This document shows, in pieces, positions 62,986 to 64,000 of a stretch of DNA of 64,000 nucleotides. The stretch is from Sminthopsis crassicaudata (taxonomy: Eukaryota). The notes beneath the pieces are model-generated. The model had not been told where the DNA came from and made no database searches. It saw nothing but the letters and a program-made list of their open reading frames with translations. Each line of letters opens with the position of its first letter. Position 1 is the first letter of the stretch. The translations under genes and the position numbers were made by a program. Location: the NCBI RefSeq assembly GCF_048593235.1, contig NC_133619.1, positions 647,444,558 through 647,508,557 on the forward strand, written 5' to 3'.

Positions 62986-64000
62986 AACTTGGGAAATTCC
63001 CTCAGAGAAGCTCTCCCCTGAGAGAACTCACTAAGGGGAGAAGGAGAGCTCAGCATTAAGAGCAGTGAAAAAGTCAGTTCCAGAAAGCTAGCAAGTTAGG
63101 TCTAATCAGAAGGAAAGAATCCCTACCTTAAATCCTGTGGGAATCCAGCTCTAGTGAAAACAGAGTGTGAATCTGAAATGAATACCCAAGGCCAGGTGGC
63201 AGACATGCTTTGCAACCTCCTTTTATTAATCTGAAACACCAAGCTTAATATACTTGTTTAAGCTAGTGTCACAACATTAGCTACTTTCTGTAGACATCAT
63301 ATACCTCAGGGTTAATGCACAATCCATACTTTGACATTTCTTTATTCACCTTAACTATCAATACCAAGATACTTATCAACACAAAAGTGCAAATAGCCTA
63401 GTTCTGATGCTTTTCAACTGCAACAGAATTGTAAATAGTTGTGATGTTTATCAATACCAAAGTACTTGTCAAAACAGTACTCAGTAGTAAGTGGCAGATA
63501 TTATCATATTAATGTATTTACCACAAGTATATCTAGAATTCATTGTTGAGGAGTAAACAGTATAGTTAAAATGTCTTGTTTCTGTTGCATGATTCTCAAT
63601 CAAGATTATTCTGAATTTACCAAATATGTCTTAACAATTATTAGGGAGATGGTGAGCCAATAATTTTAATCACTTCATCCTAACAGAGAGTAACACTTGG
63701 ACCGGACCCTTGCTGTTCATGGACCCATTCAGTACTGGCCCTCTACAAAATCATACCTGAATTTTTCATAAATATTAGACCATCCTCCTATGTATTAGAA
63801 GCACCAATAGCTTGAGTTAAGAATCTGACCTTCTTTTTATTTCTTTTTACTATGAACAATTTGCTAAGCCTTTTTTTTTTTTTTTTTGCTGAGGCAATTG
63901 GGGTTAAGTGACTTGCCCAGGGTCACATAGCAAAGAAGTTAAGTGTCTGAGGCCAGAGTTGGACTCAGGTCCTCCTGACTTGACAGCTGGTGTTCTATCC

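Overview
Mammalian genomic DNA, not prokaryotic. The repeat content (CORE-SINEs of the WSINE1/Mar type, marsupial-type L1 ends, an OC1-like hAT MITE) and the MAPGT- start exons point to a marsupial, probably a dasyurid. The window is part of a KRAB zinc-finger (KZFP) cluster and holds two paralogous genes in head-to-head orientation, produced by an old inverted duplication. Gene A is on the - strand: exon 1 at ~16.0 kb, ATG exon 7307-7339, KRAB-A exon 2812-2938; its finger exon is presumably off-window to the left. Gene B is on the + strand: exon 1 at ~27.2 kb, ATG exon 35265-35297, KRAB-A 35866-35992, finger exon 44132-45705 with 17 fingers, predicted ~577 aa. A decayed third copy of the same promoter lies at ~53.3 kb. 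Each gene has a related but independently expanded G-rich minisatellite in intron 1. Best leads, all inferred from splice-site and frame logic: (i) an acceptor conserved in both paralogs that would give a KRAB-A-only peptide, (ii) a phase-consistent 3-exon, 151-aa ORF nested in gene A's intron, (iii) an exon in gene B with the same phases as KRAB-A that could replace it. The rest is L1, ERV/LTR, SINE and hAT debris plus four assembly gaps. Repeat family names and repeat boundaries without TSDs are by-eye estimates.
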